Of a DNA stretch of 64,000 nt, positions 48,950 to 60,899 are shown piece after piece (position 1 is the first letter of the stretch; each line of letters begins with the position of its first letter). The position numbers were made by a program, and so were the translations under genes. Source of the DNA: Hydrolagus colliei (taxonomy: Eukaryota); assembly GCA_035084275.1 (NCBI GenBank), contig CM068744.1, forward strand, positions 42,718,001-42,782,000, read 5' to 3'. The notes beneath the pieces are model-generated. The model worked only from the letters and a program-made list of their open reading frames with translations, ran no database searches and was not told the origin of the DNA.

Positions 48950-51850
48950 GCCTCACTGCTCTCCTCTGTATTCAACACTATGATCAGCCCCACTCCTCTC
49001 CTCTGTCTCTAACATTGACGAGCTCAGTACATCTGCTTATAATGAGTGACTTGATCCTCCACCTTGTCTCCCCTTGCACCGCATCCTCAGACTTCATTGC
49101 CCTCCTCACCTCCCTAAACATCACTCTCCACATCAACTCTCCTACCCCCAACTGTATTCACCCCCTCAACCCCATCATCACTCATGGCCTCTACATTACT
49201 GTGCATCACAGACAAAGCCATCTCGGGACACTTCCTCATCTCCTTCACCTGTCGCATTCCTCTCTCCTCCATCAAGTGCTCAAGTATACTCTTCCACCCA
49301 AGGAAAAGGCTACCCCAGAGATCTTCAAAAAGGCCATCTCATCCTCTGACCTTCCATGCAGAGTGATCATAAAGCTGCCTTCAAGCTGCTCCATGATTGC
49401 CTCTTCTCCACCTTCAACTCACTCATCCCCCTGAAATCCAGGATCAACACCAAACCCACTCACTCTCCCTGGTACAACAACCATCTCCTCTCCCTAAAAT
49501 CCCAAACACAGCCAAATGCCATCCTCCTCCACAGCCTCTCCTCCATCATCCACCTCAGTGGGACCGCACGCATTTGGTTTGAGTCCTACCTCACAAACCA
49601 CAAGCGCTACATCTCTGCTAATGGTTTTTCTTCTCGTTTCTGCCCAGTCACCTGCGGGGAACCCCAAGGAATCCTTCCTTGGCCACATTCTCTTCCTCAC
49701 TACATGCTCCATCATAAGAACTCCCACTCTTCTGGCTCTCACTAACTGACTTACCCTCCTCGCTTTATTTTCTCCACAAATCTGTTTCCTCCATCTTCAA
49801 CTCCCTCGTCCCCCTCAACTCCCATACCACCTCTTACTCCCATAATTCCCCCTGGTACACCAGCCATCTCCAAACCCTCAAGGCGCAAGTGCGAGCTGTC
49901 GAACGCGCCTAGACCAAATCCAAACTACCTGTCCATTGGCAGATGTGACTGGATCACACTAAGACCTACCACTCAGCCCTTGCCTCCGCCAAATCCTCCT
50001 TCTACTTCAAGTTAATCTTGGAGGCCATGGATAGATGACACCAGGCTCCTCTTCTCCACCACAAACAATCTCCTCCGTCCACGCCTCACCCATCTTATCC
50101 TCCAACTCCAACTGGGAGGAGATGCTGGACTTCCTCGAATCTAAAATTGAGGAGGTCCATTCAGCAACCTCTACCCCATCCAACACTACCTCCCCATTAC
50201 CTCTCCATCAGGATCCAACCCCTCCCACCCCCATTACACACCTTTGACCCCATCTCTCCCTCCACCCTATCTGCTCTCATCCTAAAAATGAAACCCACCA
50301 CCAGCTCCCTCGACCCCTTCCCACCTCTCTCCTCATCTCCCAGCTCCACCTCCTAGCACCTCCTCCTCCCTCAACTGACATCATCAACCTCCCCCTATCC
50401 ACCAGCACTATTCCCACCCCTTTGAGAACAGCTGCCATCACCCCCATCGTGAAAAAACCTGCACCCATCCTTACTCTCCAGCTCCCGCTCCATCTCCAAC
50501 TTCCCATTCCTCTCTAAGGCCCTGGAATGAGTCGTTGCTTCCCAGCTTCACTCCTTTCTCTCTCGCCATTCCTTCTTCAAACCCCTGCAATCTGGCTTCT
50601 GTGCTTCCCACAGTATGGAGACAGGCCTGGTCAATGTCTCCAATGACATTTTAAACATCTGTGATCAGGGCTCTCTCTGCCTCCTTGACCTCCTTGACCT
50701 CTCTGATGCCTTCGACATTGTCGACCACTCCATCCTCCTACACTGCCTCTCCTCCCAGCTCAATCTTCACAGGCTTTCCCTCGCCTGGTTCGACTCTTAC
50801 CTTTCTCATAGTCTCCACTTTGTCACTATCAATGGCTTCTCCTCCAGCTCCTGCACTGTTACCTCTGGCATGCCCCAGGGCTCTGTCCTTGCCCCGCTAC
50901 TTTTTAACATCTACATGCTCCCCCTTTACGACATCCATCCGCAGACAAGGGGTCAAATTCCACATGTATGCAGAAGACACCCAACTCTATTCCAGGACCA
51001 TTGCTTTCCTGATAGACTGTTTGTCAGATATCAAGGCCTGGATGAGAGCTAACTTTCTACAGTTGAACAAGACAAACACCCTCCTGATTGGATCGTGAAA
51101 GCATGTTCACTCATCAGGCCCTGGCAGCATCAACCTCCATGGTTGCACACTCAACCTCACCAAGCCAGTCAGGAACCTAGGTGTCTTGTTCAATCCTCAA
51201 CTGTCTTTCCTCTGCCACATCTAAGTCATGACCTGCTCTGCCTTCCCTCACCTCTGCAATATTGCCCAATTCTGCCACTACCTGACCACTCAAGAGTGCT
51301 GAAACTTTCATTCAAGCCTTCATTACATCCAGGCTCAAATATGCCAACACCTCACTTGTCGACCTTCGCAATTCCTCCCTCCTTAATCCAGAACACTGTG
51401 GCCCGTGTCCTCTACCGCTCCAAGCTCCGTGACCCCATTTTCCCCCATTCTTGCCTGATTCTATTGGCTCCCCATCACCCACATTCAAAGCCCTCATGGC
51501 CTCGCCCCACCCTACATCTATGACCTTTTAACCCCCTACCAATTTGTCCACCCCGTCCGCTCAGCATGTTCCCCAACCCACCTGCCCCAACTTTGGCAGG
51601 TGAGTCTTTACCTACTCTGTCCCCAACCTCTGGAACTCCATCCTGCAGTCCCTCTGCCTCACCTCAAGACCTTCCTCTTCGACGGTCCCATCAGTCACCC
51701 CAAATCCCCCACTTTCCCTCCACTATCCCTCCCCGATACCAGCTCGGATGTGAAACATTGACTGCCCAGCACCATGGGACGTCCTCCTGATGTGGAAGAT
51801 GCTATATAAATGTAAATATGTGTAATTTTGTTGTTTTTGTTGCTTCCTCT
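48950..51850 (+). mobile_element. Degenerate L2 LINE(s)
   Basis: METGLVNVSNDIL...LDLSDAFDIVDHSIL, GMPQGSVLAP and FHMYAEDTQL motifs; L2 tail at ~51800-51840. Confidence 0.8.
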
Positions 51851-52735
51851 CAGTGATGTCATCTGCAGACACGGGGTTAACAATACAACAACACCCACAA
51901 TAAAATTACATTTTTAGAGTGCCTTTAATGTCTGGACGACATCCCAAGGCGCTAACAAGACAATCAAGTCAGGAACCAAGCAGGGGGGACGAGCATAGTA
52001 GGAGGGATGGGAGCAAGAGAGTTAGGAGGGCAGCAGAAGGCACGATCGAAGAGGAGCATCTTCAGACCGGCCTTGAAGGAGGCAAGGGAGGAAGCGAGGT
52101 GAAGGGACTGTGGGATGGAGTTCCAGAGTGTGGGGCAGAGAGACTGAAAGCATGTCCACCAATGGTAGGGCAGGTCAGGCAGGGAACATGGAGCAGACCA
52201 GAGCTCGCTGAATGGAGAGGGCAGGCAAGTTCATAAGGGGACAGCAGGTCGAAGAGATAGGAGGGGGCAAGGATGTGAATGGCCTTAAAAGTGAGGACGA
52301 GGATTTTGAATTCGATCCTCTGGGGGATGGGGAGCCAATATAGCCGGGCGAGGGTGGGAGTAATGTGGTAACTTCCACATGTATGCAGATGACACCCAAC
52401 TCTACATTTCCACATCCAGTTGCGACCCCCTAGTCCCCTGTTAGCTTCTGTGTCGGACATCAAGAGCTGGATGGGCGCAAATTTCCCGCAGTTAAACGTC
52501 AACAAGACATTTAACTCTGTTGACATCTTCTGTCCCAAAGCAGAGCAGATCGGCTTGAAGATCCTTACTCTAGTGTTTAAATCCCTCCACTACTCTGCAT
52601 CCCCCACCACTCTAACCTCTCTCCTCACAGCAGCACCCGTTGCCTCCACTCTACTGGGTCTGGCCTCTTACTTGTCCCCCTGAAACATCTGCTCCACCAT
52701 TAGCATGCGTGTTTTTAGCCACTACACCCCGAAAC

Positions 52736-53333
52736 TAGGGTCCGGCGATATATCAATATATCGCTAAAACCCGATATAATTTTCAGATCGATACGCCGAT
52801 ATAGGCATTTCGAAAATATTGATATATCGAGGTAAAAAATCGGAATGCGCGCACACTGAACTACAAGACCCAGAATGCTCATCTCTCTACACAATGCACA
52901 GACCGAGGTGCAAAGCCACCATATTGTATTCATACTCCTCGAATACAAAATACAGGTATGCAAGAGGTGGGAGGGGGAGAGAGACGGCTGGGGTGGGGTG
53001 GGGGGGGGAGAGATGGCTGGGGGGAGGGAGGCGGAGAGAGACGGCTGGGGGGGGGTGAGGGGGAGAGAGATGGCTGGGGTGGGAGAGAGACGGCTGGGGG
53101 TCAGAAAAGCACAGAGATGGAGAGAGTGAGAGACACAGAGAGAGAAAGATATTTACCTCCTGAGGAGATAGGCCCCGAATGCGCGCACACCCGGAATGCG
53201 CGTGCACCCCGAATGTGCGTGCTGCGCGCACATGCGCAGTATGAAAACACCGAAAATATCGATATTTCGGTATATCTCGATACGAGCCGATCGATATATC
53301 TAAATCGGAAAATTTCCATATCGACGGACCCTA
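52736..53333. mobile_element. hAT-type non-autonomous DNA transposon (598 bp)
   Basis: TIRs tagggtccggcgatat / atatcgacggacccta (one mismatch). Perfect 8-bp TSD cccgaaac at 52728-52735 and 53334-53341. Confidence 0.9.
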
Positions 53334-53879
53334 CCCGAAACTTTGGAATTCCCTCCTTCAACCCCTTCATCTCGCTCTCTCCTTTACCATCTTCAGGTCA
53401 TGCCTGAATACCTTTCCCATTGACTGTGCTTATGGTCACCTTCGTCCTCCCCAGGCTCAGCATTGGGTTTGACCACTGTGAAGCACTCTGAGGCACCTCC
53501 CAGCATGGAGGACGCTATATAAATGCAAGTTGTTGTTGTCGTTGATCTCTACGTGTCTTCTCCCGCACCCGGCTCAAAGATTTGTCATAAAACCTTCAGT
53601 TTCGCTAATCCCCACCATTGGTGGTCAGGCCTTCAGCCTCTCTGCCCGCACCCTCCGGAACTCCATCCCACATTGCCTTTGCCTCCTTCAAGGCACAACT
53701 CAAGAACAGTGCTTTCAGTCATGCTCTTACCCCTCCACCCTCCTAACCCCCACCTTCCTATCCTCCGCCCTCCAACCCCCCACACTCCTAACTCACTCCC
53801 ACCCACCTAACCCCCACTCTCCTACCCCACACCATCCTACCCTCCACGCTCTTTCCTCCGAAACTGCGACCACAATTGT

Positions 53880-55200
53880 ACATTTCGTATGTGTTAGTCT
53901 GAAAGCTTCCCCTCAGCACAAACCTGACCTCACTTGGTTACAGCAAGCACCAAATTAGAAGGTGTTTGAACACTTGTGGTCAGTGTTGCTGTGACAAGTC
54001 AGCCCATTCTCTCTGATACATTGATCAAAGGCACAGCCACACAGAGAGATTCTAATGGTGTTTTGAGGCAGAGAAGGTTAGAGACAGAAGGTAGGCAGAG
54101 AAGGTTAGAGACAGCGAGCTCTAGAGAAAGGAGACATCACAACTGAATGCTTGTCTATCGCTAGTGGGGCAGAGGGAGTGAGTAATAGTGAGGATGGTGC
54201 GATGGTGAAGATGGAGGGATGCTGAGGGATGGTGATGGGAGGAAAGTATTCTGGTGTCTGACCTGAACCACTGCTGATATCTCCTGCATTTTGTATGTAA
54301 ATAATAATAATGTTCTTGTATTTGATACAATGCCTTATCACATCTTAAAACGCTTCACGTAAAATACTGTGTTTTGTGGGGGAAACACAGCAGCTAATTT
54401 GTGCACCTCAGTGTCCCACACATACCCATGAAGTGAATGACCAATTTTATTTGAGGACTTGTTGGCCAGGCCACTGGGAGAGAGAGAGAAACTCCATCTG
54501 TTTGCAATAGCACCGTGGGATCTTTAATATCCACCTGAACAGGTAGATGGGACCTGGGTTTAACATCTCATCCGAAGGACGGCACCTCCCATAATGAAAC
54601 ACCAGCACTGCACTAGAGCCTCAGCTTAGATTGTGATTCCAAGTCCTGATGTGGGGTTTGAACTCACAGCCTTTGACTCAGAGACGAGAGCGAGACCACT
54701 GAGCCAGACTGACACAGTTAAACTCTGCTCCACTGCTGATTCCTTACTCATCCTGTCCCACATTGGTGGCCAAGCCTTCAAACACTGAGCTGCTGCTCTG
54801 AAACTCTCTCCCCAAATCCCTTGCTCTGCACCTTCTCTCTTTTGACTTCAAAACTCTCTTAAACTGTGTGTGTGTATGTGACTGGGACCTTGGGTTCTCC
54901 CTCCTCCCCTCCCAGCCGGTGCCCTGGCCTTTCTGTAAAACTTTCTGAGAGGTTCAGCGGTTCTCAAACCCTCGGTGGCATCTCTCTGGCCTCTTGGAGT
55001 GAGAATGTTCCATTGACACTGTGTTAGTGTGAAAGCTTTCCCTCAGCAACAAACCTGACCTCACTCAGTTACACCAAACAGGAGGTATTTGTGGTCAGTG
55101 TTAATGTGACATGTCAGCGCATTCTCTTTTTCTCTGGTTGTCTCTGTGACTCTATTTTTCTCTCTGTCTGTCTCTCCACCTGTCTGTATGCCAGTGTCTT
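53880..55200 (+). promoter_or_regulatory. Distal upstream region of gene C, displaced by TE insertions
   Basis: Inverted homolog of 44290-45110 and 48180-48580. Confidence 0.5.
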
Positions 55201-55389
55201 TCTGTCTGTCAGGCACTGGTAGGAACATAGGTGTCTTGTTCGATCCTCAACTGAATTTCCTCACCTAGGTCCAAGCCATGACCAGATCTGCCTTTCTTTA
55301 CCTCCGCAATGTTGCTTCACCCCTCAGGTCACTGAAATCTTTATTCATGCGTTCATCATATCCAGACTCGACTACGCCAACTACTCTTG

Positions 55390-58300
55390 TCCCACCCTAT
55401 CCTACTCTCCCACTTCCCCCTCTGCCTACCCCGTCCCATTCCCCCCTCTGCAACTCTCCCGCTCTGCCCTCTCTCCGCCCTTCCCGCCTCCTATCCCCAC
55501 TTGACCCTCCCACAGCCTCCCTCCCTCTGCTCCAGCCTGCGAATCCTCCGCCGGGCTCACCATGGCTGTACAGCAGCAACCACACCGACTGCCCCACTCC
55601 CCATCACCGCTGCCAGCCACGCCCGACACAGATCCAGGGGGCTAACCTCTCTTCTCTCATCCCCATCCCCTCCACCCCAGCTGCCCAAACCAGTCCCCCC
55701 TCACATCCCTCTGCCAACTGCTCCCTCCGCGTTGGTCTCCAAAATGTCCGCTCCCTCTGTAACAAGACCCTGGCCATCAACGATCTCATCCTCGATGAGA
55801 ACATTCACATCATGGCCCTCACTGAAACCTGGATCACCTCAGGGGACACCTGCCCCCTCACAGAGGCCACACCACTTGGCTGCACATCCCACCACGTCCC
55901 TTGCCACAACCGCCGCGGCGGTGGCGTGGCCCTCATCTCTAGGAAGCCACTTGCCCTATCCCCCTACTCCTCTGGTTCCTTCCCATCTTTTGAGCACCTC
56001 GCCCTCTCCCACTCCTCCCACCTCTCCCTCAAAATCTTCCTGGTATACCGTCCCCCAAAACCCTCCCCAACCTTCATCTCTGACCTTTCCACTCTTGTTG
56101 CCTCCCTCTGTGCCTCCTCCGATCGCCTTGTCATCCTCGGCGACTTTAACCTCCACTTCAACCCCTCCTACTCCACCTCCTCAGAATTCTCCTCTCTCCT
56201 CTTAACCTCTCCCTCCACATCCACTCCTCCACCCACGTTCACGGCCACCCGCTTGACCTGGTCCTCACCCGGGGTCTCGGATGTCACCATTTCTGACAAG
56301 GCCATCTCCGACCATCACTTAATTTCTTTCAACTCCTCTAACCCTCTCCCCTCTATCCCCAAACCTACCACTATCTTCTACCGCCCTTGAAGAAGATCCC
56401 CCCACAAACTCTCTCCGCTGCCTTGGAGTCCTCCAAACTCCTCTCCCTCTGGTCCACCTCCTGCACTAACCCATCCTCCGCACTCACCCTGCTCAACACC
56501 CTCTCCACCACATTCAAAACTCTTGCCCCCCTCACTTCCCGAACTGCCTCCTACTACCAAACCTCTGGTTTACCATCCACCTCCATTCCCTCAAGGGCCA
56601 GGTGCAGGCCGCTGAACGCACCTGGTTCAAATCCAGCCTCATGGTCCACTGGCATATCTGGCTGGACCTCACATCTTCCTACCACTCCACCCTACCCTCC
56701 ACCAAATTGTCCTTCTACTCCAAGATAATCCTGGAGGCAAACAAAGGACAACCCCCAGCTTCTCCTTTCCACCAACCATCTCCACCGTCCACTTCGCCTC
56801 GCCTCACGGATCCTCTCTTCGAACTCCTGCTGTGAGGAGATGCTGGATTTCCTTGTGACCAAAATCAAGGGAATCCGCTCTGCGGTCACTGTCCCCCCAA
56901 CTTCCACCCCCTCCCCACCTCCCCCCCACACCCTGTCTCCATCTCTCTTTTCACACCTTCGACCCCATCTCCCCATCCTCCGTCATTGAGACCATTCCCT
57001 CAATGAAGCTCACCACCTGCTCCCTTAATCCCATCTCCACCCCTCTCCTTACCACCCAGCTCCACCTTCTAGCCCCTCTAATCACTGACACTATCAACCT
57101 GTCCCTCTCATCCGGGTCTGTTCCTACTCCCTTCAAAACCACCAACCCGTCCAATCGGGTTTCAGTGCCTACCACTACATGGAAACTGCCCTGGTCAAGG
57201 TCACAAACGACATCCTGACCATCTGTGACCAGGGCTCCCTCTGCCTCCTCGTCCTCCTCAACCTATCCGCTGCCTTCAATACCGTGGACCTGTCCTCCCC
57301 CACCACCTCTCCTCCCTCAACCTGCAAGGCTCTGTCCTCGAATGGTTCCGGTCCTATCTCTCCCACCGCCTTCTTTGTCTCCTCCAATGGCTTCTTCTCC
57401 AGCCCCCGCACAATCACATGCGGCGTTTCCCAGGGCTCTGTCCTTCGCCCCCTGCTCTTCACCCTCTGCATTCTCCAACTGGGTGACCTATCCGCGTCAA
57501 CCCTCGATTCCAGGACCATTGGCGTTCTGACTGCATGTCTGTCCGACATTGAGTCCTGGACGAGGGCAAATTTCCTACAACTCAACATCAACAAGACAGA
57601 AGCCCTCATGATTGGCTCACGTCAGTGCCTCCGCACCTCAGGCACTGACAACATCAGTGTTCAAGGCTGCTCTCTCCACCTCTCAAAGCCAATCAGGAAT
57701 CTGGGTGTCTTGTTCGACCCTGAACTGTCCTTCCTCTCCCACATCTGCTCCGTGACCGGCACAGCCTTTCATCATCTCCACAATATTGTCAAACTCTGCC
57801 ACTACCTCACTCCCCTACTCCCCTAACCACCAAAACTCTCATCCACGCCTTTATCACTTCCAGGCTCGACTACGGGAACAACTCGTCGGCCTCCCCAGTT
57901 CCTCCCTTTACAGGCTGCAGATCATTCAGAATTCTGAAGCTCGTGTACTGTCCCATACCAGGCTTTGCGACCACATCATTCCCAACCTCGCCCGTCTCCA
58001 CTGGCTCCCCGTCACCCAGAGGATCAAATGAAAAATCCTTGTTCTCACTTTGAAGGTCATTCACGGCCTTGCCCCCGCCTATCTCTCTGACCTGCTGTCT
58101 CCCTATCAGCCTGCCTGTACCCTCCGTTCAGCAGACCCAGGCCTGCTCCGCGTCCACCGCCCTAACCGCCCAACTATCGGCGGCCGGACTTTCAGCCTCT
58201 CTGCTCCCACACTGTGGAACTCCATCCCGCAGCCCCTCCACCTTGCTTCCTCCCTTTCCTCCTTCAAGTCCGGTTTCAAGATCTTTCTCTTCAACCGCGC

Positions 58301-58472
58301 CTTCGGCTGCCCCACTAACTCTTCCCCCTCTCCCACTCTCCTTCCCCTTCCCCGACCGTCACCCCCCACCCCCCCCCCCACTCAGAGTCCCGATCTGACT
58401 GTTCAGCGCTTTGGAACATCCTCCCGACGTGAAAGGCGCTTTACAAGTGGAATTTTGTTGTTGTTGTTGTTC
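55390..58472 (+). mobile_element. Near full-length degenerate L2 ORF2 (EN+RT) nested in an older L2 fragment
   Basis: LQNVRSLCNK/LTETWI/GDFNLH/SDHHLI EN motifs in ORF 55278-56390; RT motifs at 57179-57826; (ttg)n tail at ~58455-58472. Confidence 0.88.
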
Positions 58473-58509
58473 CAAACTCCTCCTTCCACAGGTTGCAGAT
58501 AATCCAGAA

Positions 58510-59420
58510 CTGGCTGCGAGACAGAAAGCAGAGAATTGTGGTGAGTGGCTGCTTTTCAGACTGGAGGGAAGTGTGCAGTGGCGTCCCTCAGGAATCAGTT
58601 TTGGGACCCCTGCTCTTTTTAATATACTGTACATTAATGATTTGGATTTGGGTTTAGGGAGTACGGTTTCCAAATTTGCGGATGATACTAAGTTAGGGAG
58701 AATAGTAAATAGTGAGGAGGATAGTAGCCATCTGCAAGAGGATATAGATAAAATGGTAAAGTGGGCAGACACATGGCAATTGAAGTTTAATACAGAGAAG
58801 TGTGAGGCGATGCACTTTGTGAGAAGAAATGAGGGGAGGCAATATAGGCTAGATAGTACAATTTTAAAGGGTGTGAAGGAACAGAGAGACCTGGGGATTT
58901 GTGTGAGTGACTGTTTGAAAGTGGCAGGACAGGTAGACAAAGCCGTTAAGAAGGCACATGGGCTACTCGGCTTTGTAAATAGGGGTATAGAATACAAAAG
59001 TCAGGAAGTGCTGATTAACCTCTATAAGACTTTGGTTAGGCCTCAGTTGGAGTACTGTGCACAATTCTGGTCACCACACTTTAGGAAGGATATTATGGCA
59101 TTGGAAAGGGTGCAGAGGTGATTTACCAGGATGGTACCAGGAATGAGGGTCTTCAGCTACGAAGAAAGGCTAGATAGGCTAGGCTTATTCTCTCTAGAAC
59201 AAAGATTGAGAGGAGACCTGATAGAGGTTTATAAGATTATGAGAGGTTTTGACAGGGTGAATAGGGAAAGACTGTTTCCACTGGTGGGCGAATCAGTACT
59301 CGTGGTCACAGATTTAAAATAGTTTCAAAATGAAGCAGAAGGGAGCTGAGGAGAATTTTTTTCACTCAGCGGGTTGTTCGAATCTGGATTGCATTGCCTG
59401 AAGAGGTGGTGAAGGCAAAT
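58510..59420 (+). mobile_element. CR1 RT fragment
   Basis: VSKFADDTKLG and LEYCAQFWSPHFRKD motifs. Confidence 0.85.
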
Positions 59421-60079
59421 GCCATGCTGGTCGGCCTTCCCAATTCTTCCCTCCACAGGCTGCAGATAATCCAGAACTCTACGGCCCGTGTCCTTTACCG
59501 TTCCAAACTCTGTGACCCCATCTCCCCCATCCTTGCCTATTGGCTTCCCATCAACCAGGGGATCCAATTCAAGATCCTGGTTCTCACATTTAAAGCCCTC
59601 CACAACTCGCCCCACACTAAATCCGTGACCTCCTATCCCCTTACCAACCTGCCCACTTGCCCCCTCCGCTCAGCAGACTGCTCCACTTTCCTGGACCCAC
59701 CCACCCCACCATTGGCGGGCAAGCCTTCAGCCACTCTGGAACTCTATCCCGCAGTCCCTCCACCTCGCCCCCTCCCTGGCCTCCATCAAGTTTCGCCTCA
59801 AGACTCTCCTCTTCGATGGACCCATTGGCAACTCCTTATTCTCCCCTTCCTTCCTCCCCACTGTCCTCAGCTCAGGTCTGAAGCAGTAACCATCCAGCGC
59901 CTTGGGACGTCCTCCTGACATGAAAGGCGCTATACAACTGTAATGTTGTTGTTGTTGTCTGTCTGTCTCTTCCTCTTTATATGAGAAAACAGGATCTTGT
60001 GCAACAGACCGGGGGAAATTGCCTGAGCTCCATCACAGCTTCTCCACATCATTTCACATCTAACCTGAGCATCGCTGAG

Positions 60080-60127
60080 ATGAGAACAAGTGTCTTCACT
60101 GTGAGCCTCCTCCTCTGGGTGACTGCA
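60080..60127 (+). pseudogene. Gene C leader exon (MRTSVFTVSLLLWVTA), disrupted
   Basis: Paralogous 5'UTR and leader. An L2 insert separates it from its donor at 60539-60540, giving an in-frame TAG at 60155-60157. Confidence 0.8.
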
Positions 60128-60537
60128 ACAATAATTACAACAAAATTACATTTATAGAGTGTCTTTCACATCGGGAGGATGTCCCAAGGCGCTGAACAGT
60201 CAGGGGTCAGGACTCGATCAAGCGGTTGGGGCAGGCTAGGGGGAAAGGGAGGGAGAGAGTTGGGATGGAGAGAGTTTGAAGGGCAGCAGAAGGCACGATT
60301 GAAGAGGAGGGTCTTGAAACAGGCCTTGAAGGAGGCGAGCGAGGGAGCGAGGCTAAGGTAATGTGGGATGGAGTTCCACAGTATGGGGACAGAGAGGCTG
60401 AAAGCCTGGCCACCAATGGTAGGGCAGATCGGGTGGGAGACATGGAGCAAACCGGAGAATGCTGAATGGAGGGAGCGGGTGGTTGGTAGGGAGTCAGCAG
60501 GTCAGAGTGGGGAATGCTGTGAATGCCTTGAAGGTAA
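60128..60537 (-). mobile_element. L2 3' fragment inserted at the gene C leader/donor boundary
   Basis: Begins with the reverse-complemented L2 tail; host sequence resumes as aggtcagtgggtgagggaggg, matching 8352 onward. Confidence 0.8.
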
Positions 60538-60899
60538 GGTCAGTGGGTGAGGGAGGGAGGGAGATATCTGTTGATGTCTATAACGGCTTCACATAGGGCA
60601 GTGTGTAAGCTGCTCCAGTGTCAGAGATAAACTCTGAGTCGGGGAGAGAGTATGGGAGATGAGGGTTGAGTTGGAAGATCTTCAGGTGTGACCTGAAGAC
60701 TGGCAGCGGGGAGGGTGAAATGGAGGGATTGAGGCAGAGTTCCACAGTGTAGTCAGAGCAAAGCCGCTGATGGTGGAGTGGAGGGATGTGCAGGCCAGAG
60801 CTGGCTGAGCCAAGAGGGTGAGGAGTGGGGTGTGAGTGGGTCAGAGAGGTAGGAAGGGGCCAGGGCATCAAGTGATTTGTACATAAGTGTGAGGATCTT

